From Magallana gigas (taxonomy: Eukaryota): a stretch of DNA of 64,000 nt. The translations under genes and the position numbers were made by a program. Below the pieces are notes generated by a model. That model ran no database searches. It was not told the DNA's origin and was given only the letters and a program-made list of their open reading frames with translations. The DNA is taken from positions 24,118,001 to 24,182,000 of the forward strand of contig NC_088854.1 in assembly GCF_963853765.1 (NCBI RefSeq), in the 5' to 3' direction. Shown here piece after piece: positions 12,601 to 24,401 of the stretch. Every line of letters begins with the position of its first letter. The stretch's first letter is position 1.

Positions 12601-13940
12601 TAACTGTATAGATTCACCTATACCTGACTAGTCTTAAAAACAAATAACAATCTTGTCAATGAATGAACCATGTTTGGAGTATTCATAAGAAGATAACCAA
12701 TGCATTACTGGGCAGTCAAACTTGTTAAAATCAAAGAACATTATAAAATGTCAAAAAGCTGACAAGGTGTACTATTGTCTACATCCCTACAGATTTGATT
12801 AAGACTAATGTCTAAGTATGAAGTACTATAATATGTAGTTGTACTTTATTTCCCAGTATTTCCCGGGAAATACCAGTAATTCCCGGGAATTACCAGTATT
12901 TCCCACCGTCCTGGGAAATATGAGTATTTCCCGCTTTTTTGCCAACCCTGCCGTGTCCTGTACATCTTCGCTAGCCAAGGGTTTACGATCCACTCTGTTA
13001 TTCTACAACAGTTTTAGAGTAACAGAGTGGATTGTAATTTAAACCCTTGGCTAGCAAAGATGAGGTCTGCACTGATCTTAAAAATGACCTTTTTGACTTT
13101 TTTAAATCCGCCGAAATCAGTTTTTCTATCTTAGTATTACATGTAATGCCTACCTTGTCCATACACCTGTTGAGGTGCTGTGTTTTCCTGGCTGAGTTAA
13201 AATGAGAGAGATCCTTTGTACAGAACTGACAAACAAATTTCTCCTGGCTAAGCTCATCTTGATTTGATCCTATAAGGAACCACAATAAAAATAAAACCGG
13301 ATCCTGTAAAGACTGAAATGCTGGTATCAAAATGGTATCAAAAATCAAACATATCAACATCAGCTGTCATAAACAAAAATATGAATCAAGTAAACCCATA
13401 GTAAAGCTATTAGCACTATCAAAAACAGACTAAGTTTACGCTTAATATCATTAGATGCCAAAAAGGATCAACTTAATGTTGTTAAAACTGACGAGTCTGA
13501 AAAAATTAATGACACCATACAATACTGTGTAAAATGCAGCCAAGACAAATCACTGAGGCATTCAACTGTAGCACCAACTCCCACACCCTACCTTTTTTCT
13601 GGAATCTCTCCTTCAAGCAACTGACAACATGTGACTGAAAGGCGTTTGTAGTCAACATCAATTCACAAGTTGGACATTTCTTGAAACTGTCAGCATCATC
13701 TTCTTTCTTTGATTCAAAAACAGAAGATGCCGCTGCCTCTGGTACATCTAAATCCATCTGACATTGTGCTGAAGTTTGCTCTTTGTACCTGTTGTTGCTG
13801 ACTTGAAATTCACATGTTTCATTTAATGAATTCTGCGGCATTGACAAAATATTTTGAAGTGCATTCTTTCCCCCTTTCTTTTTCTTCTGTAGCGATAGTT
13901 TGGACTTTGTATTCTCTTCATCTTTTTTCCTTGTTTTCAT
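130..13940 (-). CDS. SLX4: Structure-specific endonuclease subunit SLX4 (FANCP/BTBD12), 5' part; gene continues beyond the left window edge
   Basis: 13 in-frame GT-AG coding exons: 13592-13940, 13154-13269, 11414-11521, 10963-11096, 10621-10677, 8966-9079, 8779-8869, 8465-8557, 7962-8159, 7582-7731, 2161-2316, 1940-2070, 130-1673. Tandem UBZ4 fingers (CQFCTKDLSHFNSARKTQHLNRC; CPMCGKALKTESGRKIHMKKC), MLR-like EEELQTALAIS and SERVAAML, BTB domain (MVNNPNFSDIRIKTSDGIIYGHRLILGLKCP...KYLYAG), then a long acidic Ser/Pro-rich exon with SIM-like motifs (DVIFID, EVSLIQD, DVVICD). This domain order matches SLX4. An in-frame TAA lies two codons upstream of the ATG at 13940. Confidence 0.92.
2359..3652 (+). 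mobile_element. Non-autonomous Helentron-type element (HINE) carrying a Cg170-like satellite array
   Basis: 5' end AACAAGAGGCCCATGGGCCACATCGCTCACCTGAG and 3' end CTCAGGTGAGCTAAAAA (subterminal inverted CTCACCTGAG/CTCAGGTGAG). About 5.5 internal 166-167 bp monomers. Family assignment is from recalled oyster repeat structure. Confidence 0.8.
2705..3635 (+). repeat. Tandem array of about 166-bp monomers (Cg170-like satellite)
   Basis: GAAT(C/T)TACAC recurs at about 2823, 2990, 3156, 3322 and 3487. Confidence 0.9.
3953..5526. mobile_element. Non-autonomous DNA transposon (MITE-like)
   Basis: TIRs CAGTGGCGTAGC...GCTACGCCACTG, flanked on both sides by TATAC. GC-rich hairpin-prone subterminal block at 5395-5485. 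No transposase ORF. Confidence 0.8.
6105..6646 (+). mobile_element. Second HINE-type element, 3' part with (GACG/GACA)n microsatellite
   Basis: AGAAGAAGATTTTT satellite-type core, GACGGACAGACGG microsatellite at 6543-6597, terminal hairpin AGCTCACTTGAGCTTTCAGCTCAGGTGAGCTAA. The 5' boundary is approximate. Confidence 0.7.
6650..7537. mobile_element. Tc1/mariner-pogo-type non-autonomous element
   Basis: 22-bp TIRs CCGTATTTTTCGGAAATTAGGT / ACCTAATTTTCGAAAAATACGG (1 mismatch), with TA on both flanks. Confidence 0.85.
9177..10288 (+). mobile_element. HINE-type element with about six 172-bp tandem repeats
   Basis: Starts ACAAGAATAG. 172-bp period (duplicated ORFs at 9344 and 9516). GACGG/CACGG microsatellite at about 10210. 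Terminal GTCCCC...GGGGAC hairpin followed by AAAAA. Confidence 0.8.
12028..12950. mobile_element. hAT-type non-autonomous element
   Basis: TIRs CAGGGTTGGC...GCCAACCCTG, perfect 8-bp TSD CCGTGTCC (12020-12027 and 12951-12958), subterminal GGGAAATAC repeats at both ends. Confidence 0.9.
12963..13061. mobile_element. Short palindromic MITE
   Basis: CATCTTCGCTAGCCAAGGGTTTA...TAAACCCTTGGCTAGCAAAGATG with inner arms ATCCACTCTGTTA/TAACAGAGTGGAT. A related half copy lies at about 50045-50067. Confidence 0.65.
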
Positions 13941-16900
13941 GATTTATAAGGTTGATGAATGAATCTCACAAAACCAAACTCTGAAGTCACATGTACACAA
14001 TTCAAATAATTCAGTTCTATCACAATATTTCACATAATTCATTTATTTGCAGTCCTTCCTGTCTTTTACACACTAATATCTTTACAAAGAAGTCTACATA
14101 TAATTAACTTTAATTATCATATAATTAAACAAAAATGTCTCTAGCCAATGAGACAAAAAAACATGTTCATACAGAAAAATGTACAAATATTCCAAAAGAC
14201 TGACTTAGAGGTGTCAAATAGTCATTATTGCCTGGTTTAATGAGGTGGTTTCCTGTCAGTATATTGAAACTCGTCGGAATATTGCTCATTTATAATTCTT
14301 TCTGCTTCCTCCATCATGTAACGGTAATCAGCTTTTATTAGTTCATCCTTAAGACGCTCTCTTTCCATTTCTTTTTCAGGATGCAAGGGGAAATATTTTC
14401 GCAAGCTGAAACACGGAATGTATTCAGAGTCACTACCATAGTTAACTTCTATTAAACAAAAATTACACAACTACAGGTCCTGATAAAACTAAGATCAAAT
14501 AATCTTTTTTTGTTATTCATTTTAAGTAGCAAAGTTGCTACATTCGAATAGAAAAAAAGTAAGAATTCACATTTTTAAACATCAGAGAAAATCTTAAACT
14601 CCTTTATATTCTCAGTTTTACTTTTATTTTTATTTTAATAAATGTATGTTAATAATTATATATCAATCCATGTATAATTTTTTTATTTGTAGCATGTTTC
14701 TTTTAAATGCCTTATTGCAGTATAACATCAGTACCGTATAGAACGAAAACTACCTGCCTTTGGGACTGCAACCCAATAATTGTGAAAATGATATATTATA
14801 CAATTATTTAATGCCTGAGCAGTCAATAGAGTCGAATAGACCAGAGTATTTTTCCCTTGGTGCAAGGAACAGCTCAGACCAATGGCCGAGGACAATAGAA
14901 CACACTAAGCTGTATGTAGGCCTATCCGTTTTGAAACATAAATTCCTATTCAGACTTATAAATCCCTAGATAGAATGTTCTATCGTTAAAATGACAGATG
15001 TCCTACGGACTCGGTTTAACGATAGAATTCGTCCCATATACTCGCTTCATAGCAAATAAAAAAAGTATTTCGCACTGTATCTGGCCTAAACTTTCATATG
15101 ATTGGTCTAAAATACCTACTATGTTGCTCTTTTAACTGTTTTTGCAACGAAATCACTGCAACTTTCAACATCATGTTTGAAAATTCGCTGTTTATGGTCG
15201 CAATGTAATGATAAAATCTGAGACATTCCGAGTGCGATATCCGACAAAATGGCAAATTCAAACATGTATTTTAACAAAATGCCTTGGTATGACTCATTAA
15301 ATGGATATTTTGTGGATTAAACTACATATGCATGTTCATAAAGGTTTGTAATGTATAGAAATGTGTTTTTCCCATGCAGATTATTTTTAACAGACTTAAA
15401 ATTGACACAAAGCTGATCCGCTTCGCGGCTGCTACATTGCAAGTATATGGGATGAATTCTTACTGTGACCTGAGCGTAGCCTGGTCATGGTAAGATTATT
15501 CTTTTTAATAAATCCCATACGACTAATATATTCTATTTTAAATAGAAATGCAAAAATGGCAATGTGGCCCAAACAGTTTGCTTAGCGAAGACAAAAGTGG
15601 TCAGACCGACTTATAACACTGATCTATGCAAATCTGCGGTTCAAAAGAACAATTCTGGTTGAAAATGGCATGTCAAACAGAATTTTCACGTATAGACATG
15701 TTAGAGCAACGGATCTGCAGAAAACCCTGATCAAGCTAAAACTGTAAAACAAATATCATTATTGACCTTTGATCAAACAAAACATATTTTGGGACCATTT
15801 TCTTACCCAAACATCGAAAAAACTGTTACAGTAGTGACCGCTAACGAGATTCCAATGAAGGTTTTCTTTAACAATTTAACAACAGGTGTCGTAACTCTGA
15901 ATTCCGGGTCTATACGCCGAGTTTTAACCATAATGACTAAAAGAACAAGATAGTTGCGTTGATCAACTTTCCTACACAGGAATTATCATTTTTGAGGGCA
16001 CCTTTCAAAACTCCTTTCTCGTGGTTCAAAACACGGATGTCGTATTCATTCGCTAAAGGAGAAAATAGAACGGATACAAAATCCGGATTGTTAAATATAT
16101 AAAAGTTTTTTTCAAAAACTAAGCATTAGGTTTTTTCCTTTATTTCAACTTTGTACACATATTCTGCTAATGAATTTAATTTTCACCAATGTTTTACGAG
16201 TATAACATAACATGTAGCAGTGTAGATTGAAATTTTGATAAATTTTTACAAGGTAAAAACTTATCTTACTCATCCATGCATTATCTCAAATTAATTTGAC
16301 CTTTTTGCACAAAAATGCAATACCAGCCTGTTTGGCATTTGTTGAAATTATTTCATCAAATATTTTTATGAATTATGCACAATGGTCAGTTTGAATAATC
16401 TGTATAAATCTGCATAATTTTTTTCCAGACTTCCAGTACGTTTAAGAAAATTGTTTATTGTGAGAAAAAGGAACGGGAGGGGGAAGACTGCCTGATGCTC
16501 AAGGTGCCTGGAGTATACAAGTAAGTAATAAAATGTAAATGATCATTATTGCTTACAGGCACTTGTGTCTGCAACAAAGCTTGTACCTCATAGTATAATG
16601 GCCCGTTACACATGTATTACATATATACTGCAATACTATTGGGTGAACTTTGCTGAAGAAACATTAAGCTAGTGCCTACTCTATTGCTGATAAGGTACAT
16701 GATTAATCTCCATTAGGATTTAACTCTTTTAAATTTTTAAGTTAATATAAATATTTCAACCATGTAAATAAACTGCATATAAACATGATTTAGACATCAT
16801 TTAACTATTAATTTATTTTTCATTACAAGGACTTGTATATACACATTGTCACTCACTACATGCACAAAAACTGCTAATTTAAAATAATATGTTAATCATG

Positions 16901-17035
16901 TTAATATCAAGTTGTGTTCTTCACCAGTGTTATTGCTAGTACTGGTAAATCGATTCATAAAAGTACAAAAAGTCACAAAATTCAGCTTTTATTTCAGTAC
17001 TAGAATATAGGCATTAAATACTTAAAAATAGAATT

Positions 17036-19061
17036 TCATGTACATTTTGTAATTAAATCATCAAATACACTTAAAAATCCATTTTCAAATTCAGCGTCTG
17101 AGAATTTATGTACATGAGTCCGTGCACTTTGTTGTATCTCCATCCTTTCTCTGTCTGACAGAGAGAAAATCTTTGCCATACATGTTGCATAGGACTTCAC
17201 ATCTGAGGCTAAGAATCCTGTTGGTTGGTCATTAATAGGCACAACTATGTCCAGCTTTGGTCCTCCTGAATTGTGAGCCAGAATGATGCACCCTGCTGCC
17301 ATCAGCTCTACAACACCTGTAAAATATATGTCTATTGAAGAAATATGAACCTATAACATGTATGATTTAATTATCATTTATCAGTTTGAGTATCTGTGAC
17401 AAAAAGTCCTCCTATCTAAAAAAAATAGTTTTTAATTGCTCTTAATTTTTATAAATGCACATTAACATTTTTGATGCAGGACATAATTTCTATTTGATCA
17501 TTAAAGTTCAGGTCCAGTGTCATCACCAACTTTCCTCAAGTCAATACTCAGCCTCAAATCTGAGATTTCACCTCAAATTTCTGCACATTTCTTTTAAAGG
17601 CCAGATTAGAGTTTAGGACTGAGTTGAGTGATTTACACATTTTGGTGACATTCATAAAAACACTCACCTATTCCAAAGTGTTCATTCCACATTGTGTGAA
17701 GGCCGACTTGTGATGAAGCCATCAAAGATTTCAAATCTGCAAAGCTGACATTGAGCCTGAAGTCCACATTCTCAGTTATACCCAGATCTGAACACATTTT
17801 CTGCAGGGTTTCTACCCTGTCTTTGTCACCTTGGTTTCGGCAACTTCCAACCAACAGCAGCTTGTATGAGGATTTCTGGTTATCTGGGATTCCAGACATA
17901 AATTTGTAAAATGCTTGAATCTGCAAAGGATGGTCCTTTTCTGGTCTGAACTGAGATATAGACAAGATGTGTTTAGAACGCTTAGCATCCAGAGGTATTT
18001 TTATAAACTCATTGATATCACATGGTGGGTACACTATATGTGTCCTATCTTTCATCTTCCACAACTTCTGGATATGGTCAAAGGTCCAGGTTGAGTTTAC
18101 AATGGCTGCATGGGATCGTCTTCCTGCCCAGCCATACAGAAGGGCAAACAGCTTATAGTACTGGACTTTAACAGTGGAGAGAAACCAGCTCTTTGTAATG
18201 AAAGATGGGTTGTTATGTCCTTCCTGTTGAGTAGAGACTTTCTCTAACATATCCGTGCTTACAGTGGGATAGTGGACATAACAGCCTACAGTGCAGTCTC
18301 CCAGGTAACGGAACAGGGGCAGTGTAAAGGCATAGCCCATACTGTCAATATAAATGTCTGGTACACACTTCCATAATGCCTCCCATCCTAAAAGTACTGA
18401 TCCAACGCTTTGCCCTAAAAGTGTCAGATGAGGGTACATGTAAGCCTCCACCCAGCGGCGCTTTGTTAAGAATACAAAAGTAACTGGGCGCTGTAGTGTA
18501 ATGTTAAAGCGCTGTCGAGCTCGCTGAGAGATATCTTCAGGAGTGGCATCAGTGTCGCCTGTGTATACCACTATGTGGATAGAGGGATATCTGTAGAGGG
18601 AAAAAGAACTCACTGTACACATCTCTCAATTGCAATATTCTTAAATAATATTACAGGGAAATAATAAATTTCAAAGGTATCATATTGATTTGAACACATG
18701 TTTTGACTCAGTCTGATTAAGATCAGCATTCCAATACACTACCGCTCTCATTCACGGTTTGAGAGCGGTAGTGTATCAGAATGGCTGATATTTTTTGGTT
18801 TTGGTTTTTGACTAAGATATGAAAACTAACACAAGATACCTACTTTTTCTGTATTGCTCTTATAGCCACCCAGAGGACCCGTTCTCCTCCCCCTCCAGCA
18901 TTGCAGTAGGGGTGGAAGAAGCCCAATACACATCTTCCACCTACAGATGCCCTGTAGTTCCTTCTCCTGACTTTCAGCCACAGTCTCAGAAATAGCAGAG
19001 TAAAGGCTATCAAAATCACAATACTGACTGCGACATATAGCAGACAACACAGAATAGTCAT
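17036..19061 (-). CDS. ALG11: GDP-Man:Man3GlcNAc2-PP-Dol alpha-1,2-mannosyltransferase
   Basis: Exons 18844-19061, 17668-18590, 17036-17316 give 473 aa. N-terminal TM helix; motifs [53 protein letters not shown]. Confidence 0.96.
18721..18790 (-). other. About 70-nt long-stem hairpin in an ALG11 intron (pre-miRNA-like or MITE relic)
   Basis: Perfect 17-bp stem ATACACTACCGCTCTCA/TGAGAGCGGTAGTGTAT extended to about 29 bp, with two G-U pairs on the minus strand. Confidence 0.45.
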
Positions 19062-19287
19062 CTGAAAAAAATATCCTAAATTCAATTGCTGAGAATTAAA
19101 AATAAAATGGTGCATAAAAAAAGGTTTCTATGATAATAATAATTAAAATCTGGGTTGTCATATAATTTGGTAAGGATATAACCAAACAACAAACATTTTG
19201 CAAAATGATCAAGTCTGTCACAGATCATCAACGCATAAACATGAATAAAACTATTCTCTGATAAGATTATTCAATTTTTAATCCAAT

Positions 19288-19655
19288 TGTAGTAGTTGGG
19301 GCTATATGGACTGGGGATATTGGCCTGGATAAGCCTAGAGTTGCAGGGGTCCCGGGTCCGATTCCCGGTCCAACCAAATGTTTTTATAGTATATTATACA
19401 TGATCATTCCTCCTAATTTCCTACTACATTTGGTGCTGTGCCTGCCCATAGACTGACAGGTTAACCTCTGCCAGGGGAAGAACCTGGGATGATCTATATG
19501 AGGACAAAGATAATTTAAGGAGGGATGAATGTAGTAGTTGGGGCTATATGGATATCGGCCAGAAGAAGCTCAGTGGTAATAATATGGAACTCTTGACTTA
19601 GGTTGCTGGGGTCCAAGGTTCAATTCCTGGTCCAGCCATGTGTTTGCATTGTATA
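19288..19655 (+). mobile_element. Terminal-repeat retrotransposon in miniature (TRIM) with tRNA-like LTRs; 3' LTR truncated
   Basis: LTR1 19288-19428 (TGTAGTAG...CTACTACA), PBS TGGTGCTGTG at 19431-19440, purine tract AAGGAGGGATGAA, LTR2 from 19530 with A-box AGCTCAGTGGT and B-box GGTTCAATTCC. Confidence 0.8.
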
Positions 19656-20260
19656 ACATCAGGTGCCTGTGGAATCATGCACTAGCTTTTATATTCTTTG
19701 CAAAAGTTAGGCAAAATTAGTGAAAATAGCAATTTATTATTTTCTCTACATTATATTCATCTATATTTTTTGTTTTAAATTATATATAACGTCAGGTGCC
19801 TGTTGAGTCATTTTATGAAAAAGTTAGACAAAATAACATATTAAAGACAAGATCTATTATAACATATGAATGTTGTCTACGTATTAGTAATAGTAATTTA
19901 AGAGCTTTGAGTTTATTGTTTTGAAGAAGAGAAAAGGACTCGAAATACAATGTAAGGATTTAAAGATTAAAATTACTCACTATATATGAATGACACGCTT
20001 AATAATTCGCTGTATAATTGTATAAATTATTAGAAACACCAGGACATGAATAAATTCATTCCAACATTCTGACTGATGTAACGCGTGGAATAGTTATTCG
20101 TCATCTACTTTCACTTTCTTAACATCTCTTCCGGTGATAGAAATGTTGATGTATTATACCCACGTGTACGGACTGTACATATAGAGTGTCATACTGCATA
20201 CTAGACTTGGTAAGTACATATGCTATGTTTTATTCCAGACCATTGAAAGTGTCCTTTGTA

Positions 20261-20316
20261 CAAAGAAAGTTTAAGTCACTTATCATGACAAAGAAAGTTT
20301 AAGTCACTTATCATGA
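20261..20316. repeat. 28-bp tandem duplication
   Basis: CAAAGAAAGTTTAAGTCACTTATCATGA x2. Confidence 0.85.
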
Positions 20317-20398
20317 CATGCATGAGTCACTGAGGCATGACATGTAAACATAAACAAATCACCATGTGTTACTAAGTTGACGTTTTCGCTGTAAGTAG

Positions 20399-20400
<2 letters not shown>

Positions 20401-20460
<60 letters not shown>
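20401..20460. repeat. (CT)n microsatellite
   Basis: About 30 TC units read directly. Confidence 0.98.
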
Positions 20461-20466
<6 letters not shown>

Positions 20467-21065
20467 AACATGTACCTGATGGGATCATGATTTAGATTTA
20501 TGCATATGTTCCTTCTTAAATTAGGTTTAAAAAAATACTAGAATCCATTCTGGAAAACAAACCAATTTTTTTATATCATAATCAACGAATTATTTAGGAT
20601 TTTGATAGGAGCTCTGCCAGTATAGCAGAACAACATTGGGAAAGCAGAAAAAAATCATTCACAAAACAGAATATTAATAAAGAACTGCAGAAAAGTTATT
20701 CTTGAGAAAGGAGAATCCATGCAGTATGGTCATATATGTACCAAGACTGTTTTTTTTTACTTTTATTCTATAGTATAGAATACTATATATTGTTGTACCA
20801 TTACTTACGGGTGAGCATTCTTTTTTTTTAAAACATATATTATGATATTGGATATCAGTACATACTACACACCATGCAAAAACTTTCTTAATATTAATGT
20901 GTTTATTAATAACCATATCATGTGGAAAAGACAACATCAATATATATTAATTTTTATGCAATTGTACTTCCAAATACCAATTTTAATACCAAACCAAAAC
21001 TGAACCAAATTATGTTAGGTATTAAACAAAAAGTGTAAGTTAAGTACATATAGTTTACTAAGTAT

Positions 21066-22078
21066 CCCCGAGTACCCAAACTCCGTCACCATAAGCAGAA
21101 AACCTCCCATGTTTCTCTGTAAATTATTTTTTGTGGTTTTTATCATTTGCAATCACTTAATATAATCTGAAACAATATAATTTATAAAATAATTAACAAA
21201 AATATTTTTATTTTTATTCAAATAAGCCCTCTGAATACGACGTTTATCACGCGTGCTTATTATATCTTATGAACCTAACTCCGTCACCCACATGCTCTAT
21301 GATATGGCAGGGAATGAAGACACATTAACAATTTAGCTAAAACTCCATTTGTATCTAGGCCAAGTTATAATAAGTAAAAATGGTACTTACAATATAAATT
21401 GTATTTAATTTCATCGAAATGAAATGATCGCCAGGATAAAAATTGGGTCCATGTAACAACAATCACAATGGTCTTTTCAGAATGTATGGATGCCGTTTGA
21501 TTTATGTCCTTACATATTTCAAATATTTTATATCATTAATTATATATATATATATATATTACTTATCACATTATTTATTTATTACATTTTTAGAAATGTA
21601 GCATATTCTAAATAGAGATATACCGGATATATCTGTAACCCTGTATAAGGCAAAAGTATCGGCATGAGCGATTTGACGTTATCATCAAGAGTAGTGCATA
21701 AAGGCTATTGCGGACTGAAAAAAATGTATTAATTACCTTAATCCAAGATGTATTACAAGTGAAATGTTTCATCTTGACCTCTCTTGAAATGACTGACCAC
21801 CGTAAATGATCAAATGGGCCCGCATGTCAGAAATATCGATATTTTAGTGCACCCGTGAAAAAGTTTTAGCTGATTTCACGCTATTAATGGTGCATAAAAT
21901 GAACAAGGTTTAGTTCTGTTATTTTTGACACATTCTTAAATTTAACCGTTGCAAATTGTTGACATTTGATTGAAGATTTTTGACATGCAAAAAATGACGT
22001 CATAATCGTACTTGATTTCAAACGGCGAGGAGTTTCCCGAAAGTGACGGAGTTAGGGTAGTGACGGAGTTAGGGGGCT
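21066..22078. mobile_element. Degraded DNA transposon with AACTCCGTCAC subterminal motifs
   Basis: AACTCCGTCAC at about 21078 and 21276, and inverted GTGACGGAGTT twice at 22043-22070. Confidence 0.5.
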
Positions 22079-24401
22079 ATGCGATAATTGATAACAGATT
22101 AAAGATGAAAATTTAATTCCAATAACTAAAATATTTATTTCATCAAAATAAAAAAAATATGGCATTAATTCAACGTAAGTAATGCTCCAATTCATTTATA
22201 TTACATTCAAGACTATCATTTTTAGCCATTACAAGTAACTTCTGTTTTCATGCAAATAAAAAAAAAATACCCCTTACAGCAAGATACATTTCACGTCAAC
22301 TATTAAGTAAATTCTTGTAAATATCACCTTCGTACTGTTAGTAAGTACCAAATGATAAGTTACAAGATCTAATTACAAACTACCATAGTATTTTTGTTGT
22401 ACAAATATTAAAAATTATGTTTGTAAGCATTTTAAAGGCAGTTTGAAACTCCCCAAGGTTTCAATGGTTTTAATCATTCTTCTTTTGTAGAACTCTTGTA
22501 GGTGCAGGCCAATTTATTTAAATTGAAAATTTTCACAGATTGTCTTTTTAGTTTGGTATTTCAGTAAACTGTCAATTTAAATGGAAAACATTTTTGTATT
22601 GTTCACAAAATGACTGACACATTCGTCGATCTTCAATACTTTTAAACAGGATGGACCAGACAAAGAGAATGGAAATGTGGCAGATTTGACTGGGTTTTGT
22701 CCACAGTCGATCACATGACCAGGCAGCTGTTGTAGTTACTCTTTGTCTGAGTGAAACCCAGAGGCAGATGTTGTGCTGACCGTGTGATATGCAGTTTGTG
22801 TCATATACAGCTAGATAATAATACAACCAAAGACAAAAGAACGAGGTGCAGCTATTGTCCACCAGATACACTGTTGGCTTAGCTCTCAAAAGACATATAT
22901 ATGATTGTTCATGATTGACATAATCAATAATAGATTAAGGTAAGAGAAGTTAATATAGTCCTCCTACAGTATTTCTGAGTCTATATATACTGGTATATAC
23001 ATGCATTCTAGTTTCAAAGTTTTCTCTGCAATTGAATTTTGTGAATTTATTCTACACAAATGCGGTAAGTATATATATGTAGAAATAGAATATTTTCACT
23101 TAACTGGTATATATTGTTATTGTTTTAAACAAATTACTTTTATTATCGATAAATCTTTTAAGAGAGATTAACATTGTGTTGGTTTAGATCAAGAATAGCC
23201 CCACCACTCTTTAAATTCAAAAGACAATTTTTAAAAGATTTAGTGATATTCTTTCAATTGAAGAACACATATTACAACGGAATTCCAATGTGTCTAAGAA
23301 GTAAGGGGGTGTTAATGTTGGTGAGGGGAGTGATCATGACTGTATGCTGCCAAAGACATGTGCCAAATTTGACAAAGATTATATACAAAGTTTATCTAAA
23401 CTTTAGGTACCTGTTGAATTTGCCAAGATCAAAGTGCAGCAATATGCTGTGTTTATGAATGTACATGTAATGCTTCTTGCGTCATTGTGGGGTAATCCTA
23501 TATCAACTTTTAACCAAATTTAAAGAATTAAGGTACCGGTATTAAATTTCATTATCTCCCAGATTATATCACGGATATGCAAAATAGAAATTGACACTTT
23601 GAATCATAGTTAGAACTGCCAGCGATGTTCATTTGAATTGTAATAAATCCAACTTGCTGAGCTGGTATGGACAGGTATTTTAAAATACCCTGATTACCGG
23701 TTTTAAGATTAAACTTCCACTTAAAGGTTTGGGTGGTGCTGCACGCTCATTATAACTCAGACTTTCAGGAATTTCAGACACCTTTTTCTGTCTCGAAGAG
23801 CATTTGGGTTAATTATCATTTGTAAATGATTATGTCATTCAGAAAAGTGCTTTTTAAGGGCAATGAACCCAAAAGAATGTAATATATGACAACTTGTTTT
23901 ATATAGTCCCCTGTATATTATATAGATATATAAAACACGCTTACACTGACAGATGATAGGAGTCAGTCATCCATGACGCCATTTAACATTTTCCATTGTC
24001 ATTATGTGAGGTCCTGACTGTGGTCCCTTTATTTTTTGGTTTTTGTGAGTAGGTGGACTTTGATTTAATAAGGTGTGAAATTTTATGTACAGACATGCTC
24101 TGTGCTGTATTATGATCCAGTTCTATCCAAGTTCACTGTGACAGTACATCAAACTGCTGAATTAATTACACTAATTAACTGACTGTCAGAGGGAAATCTC
24201 GGACCATTAATCCCTCACGTGTATCTGTTTATTTACGGAGTTTGTTTACTGGACAAAACACCCTGCAGGTGGAAGTGGAAACAGTTTTATTGTACATATA
24301 CCAGCTGAAGGTCTGAAGGGATTAGTCCACTTTTTATTGATCTGTGAACACTGACCGACAGTTGGGCTGCTGAGTGTATTGGCCTTGTGGGAGATGATAT
24401 A

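Noticed and set aside
19560-19640. tRNA gene
   Set aside because: The A and B boxes belong to the TRIM LTR; there are no proper acceptor or anticodon stems.
22572-22889. 105-aa minus-strand ORF
   Set aside because: Non-ATG start and no recognisable motif; more likely untranslated 5' sequence of the BTB-BACK gene.
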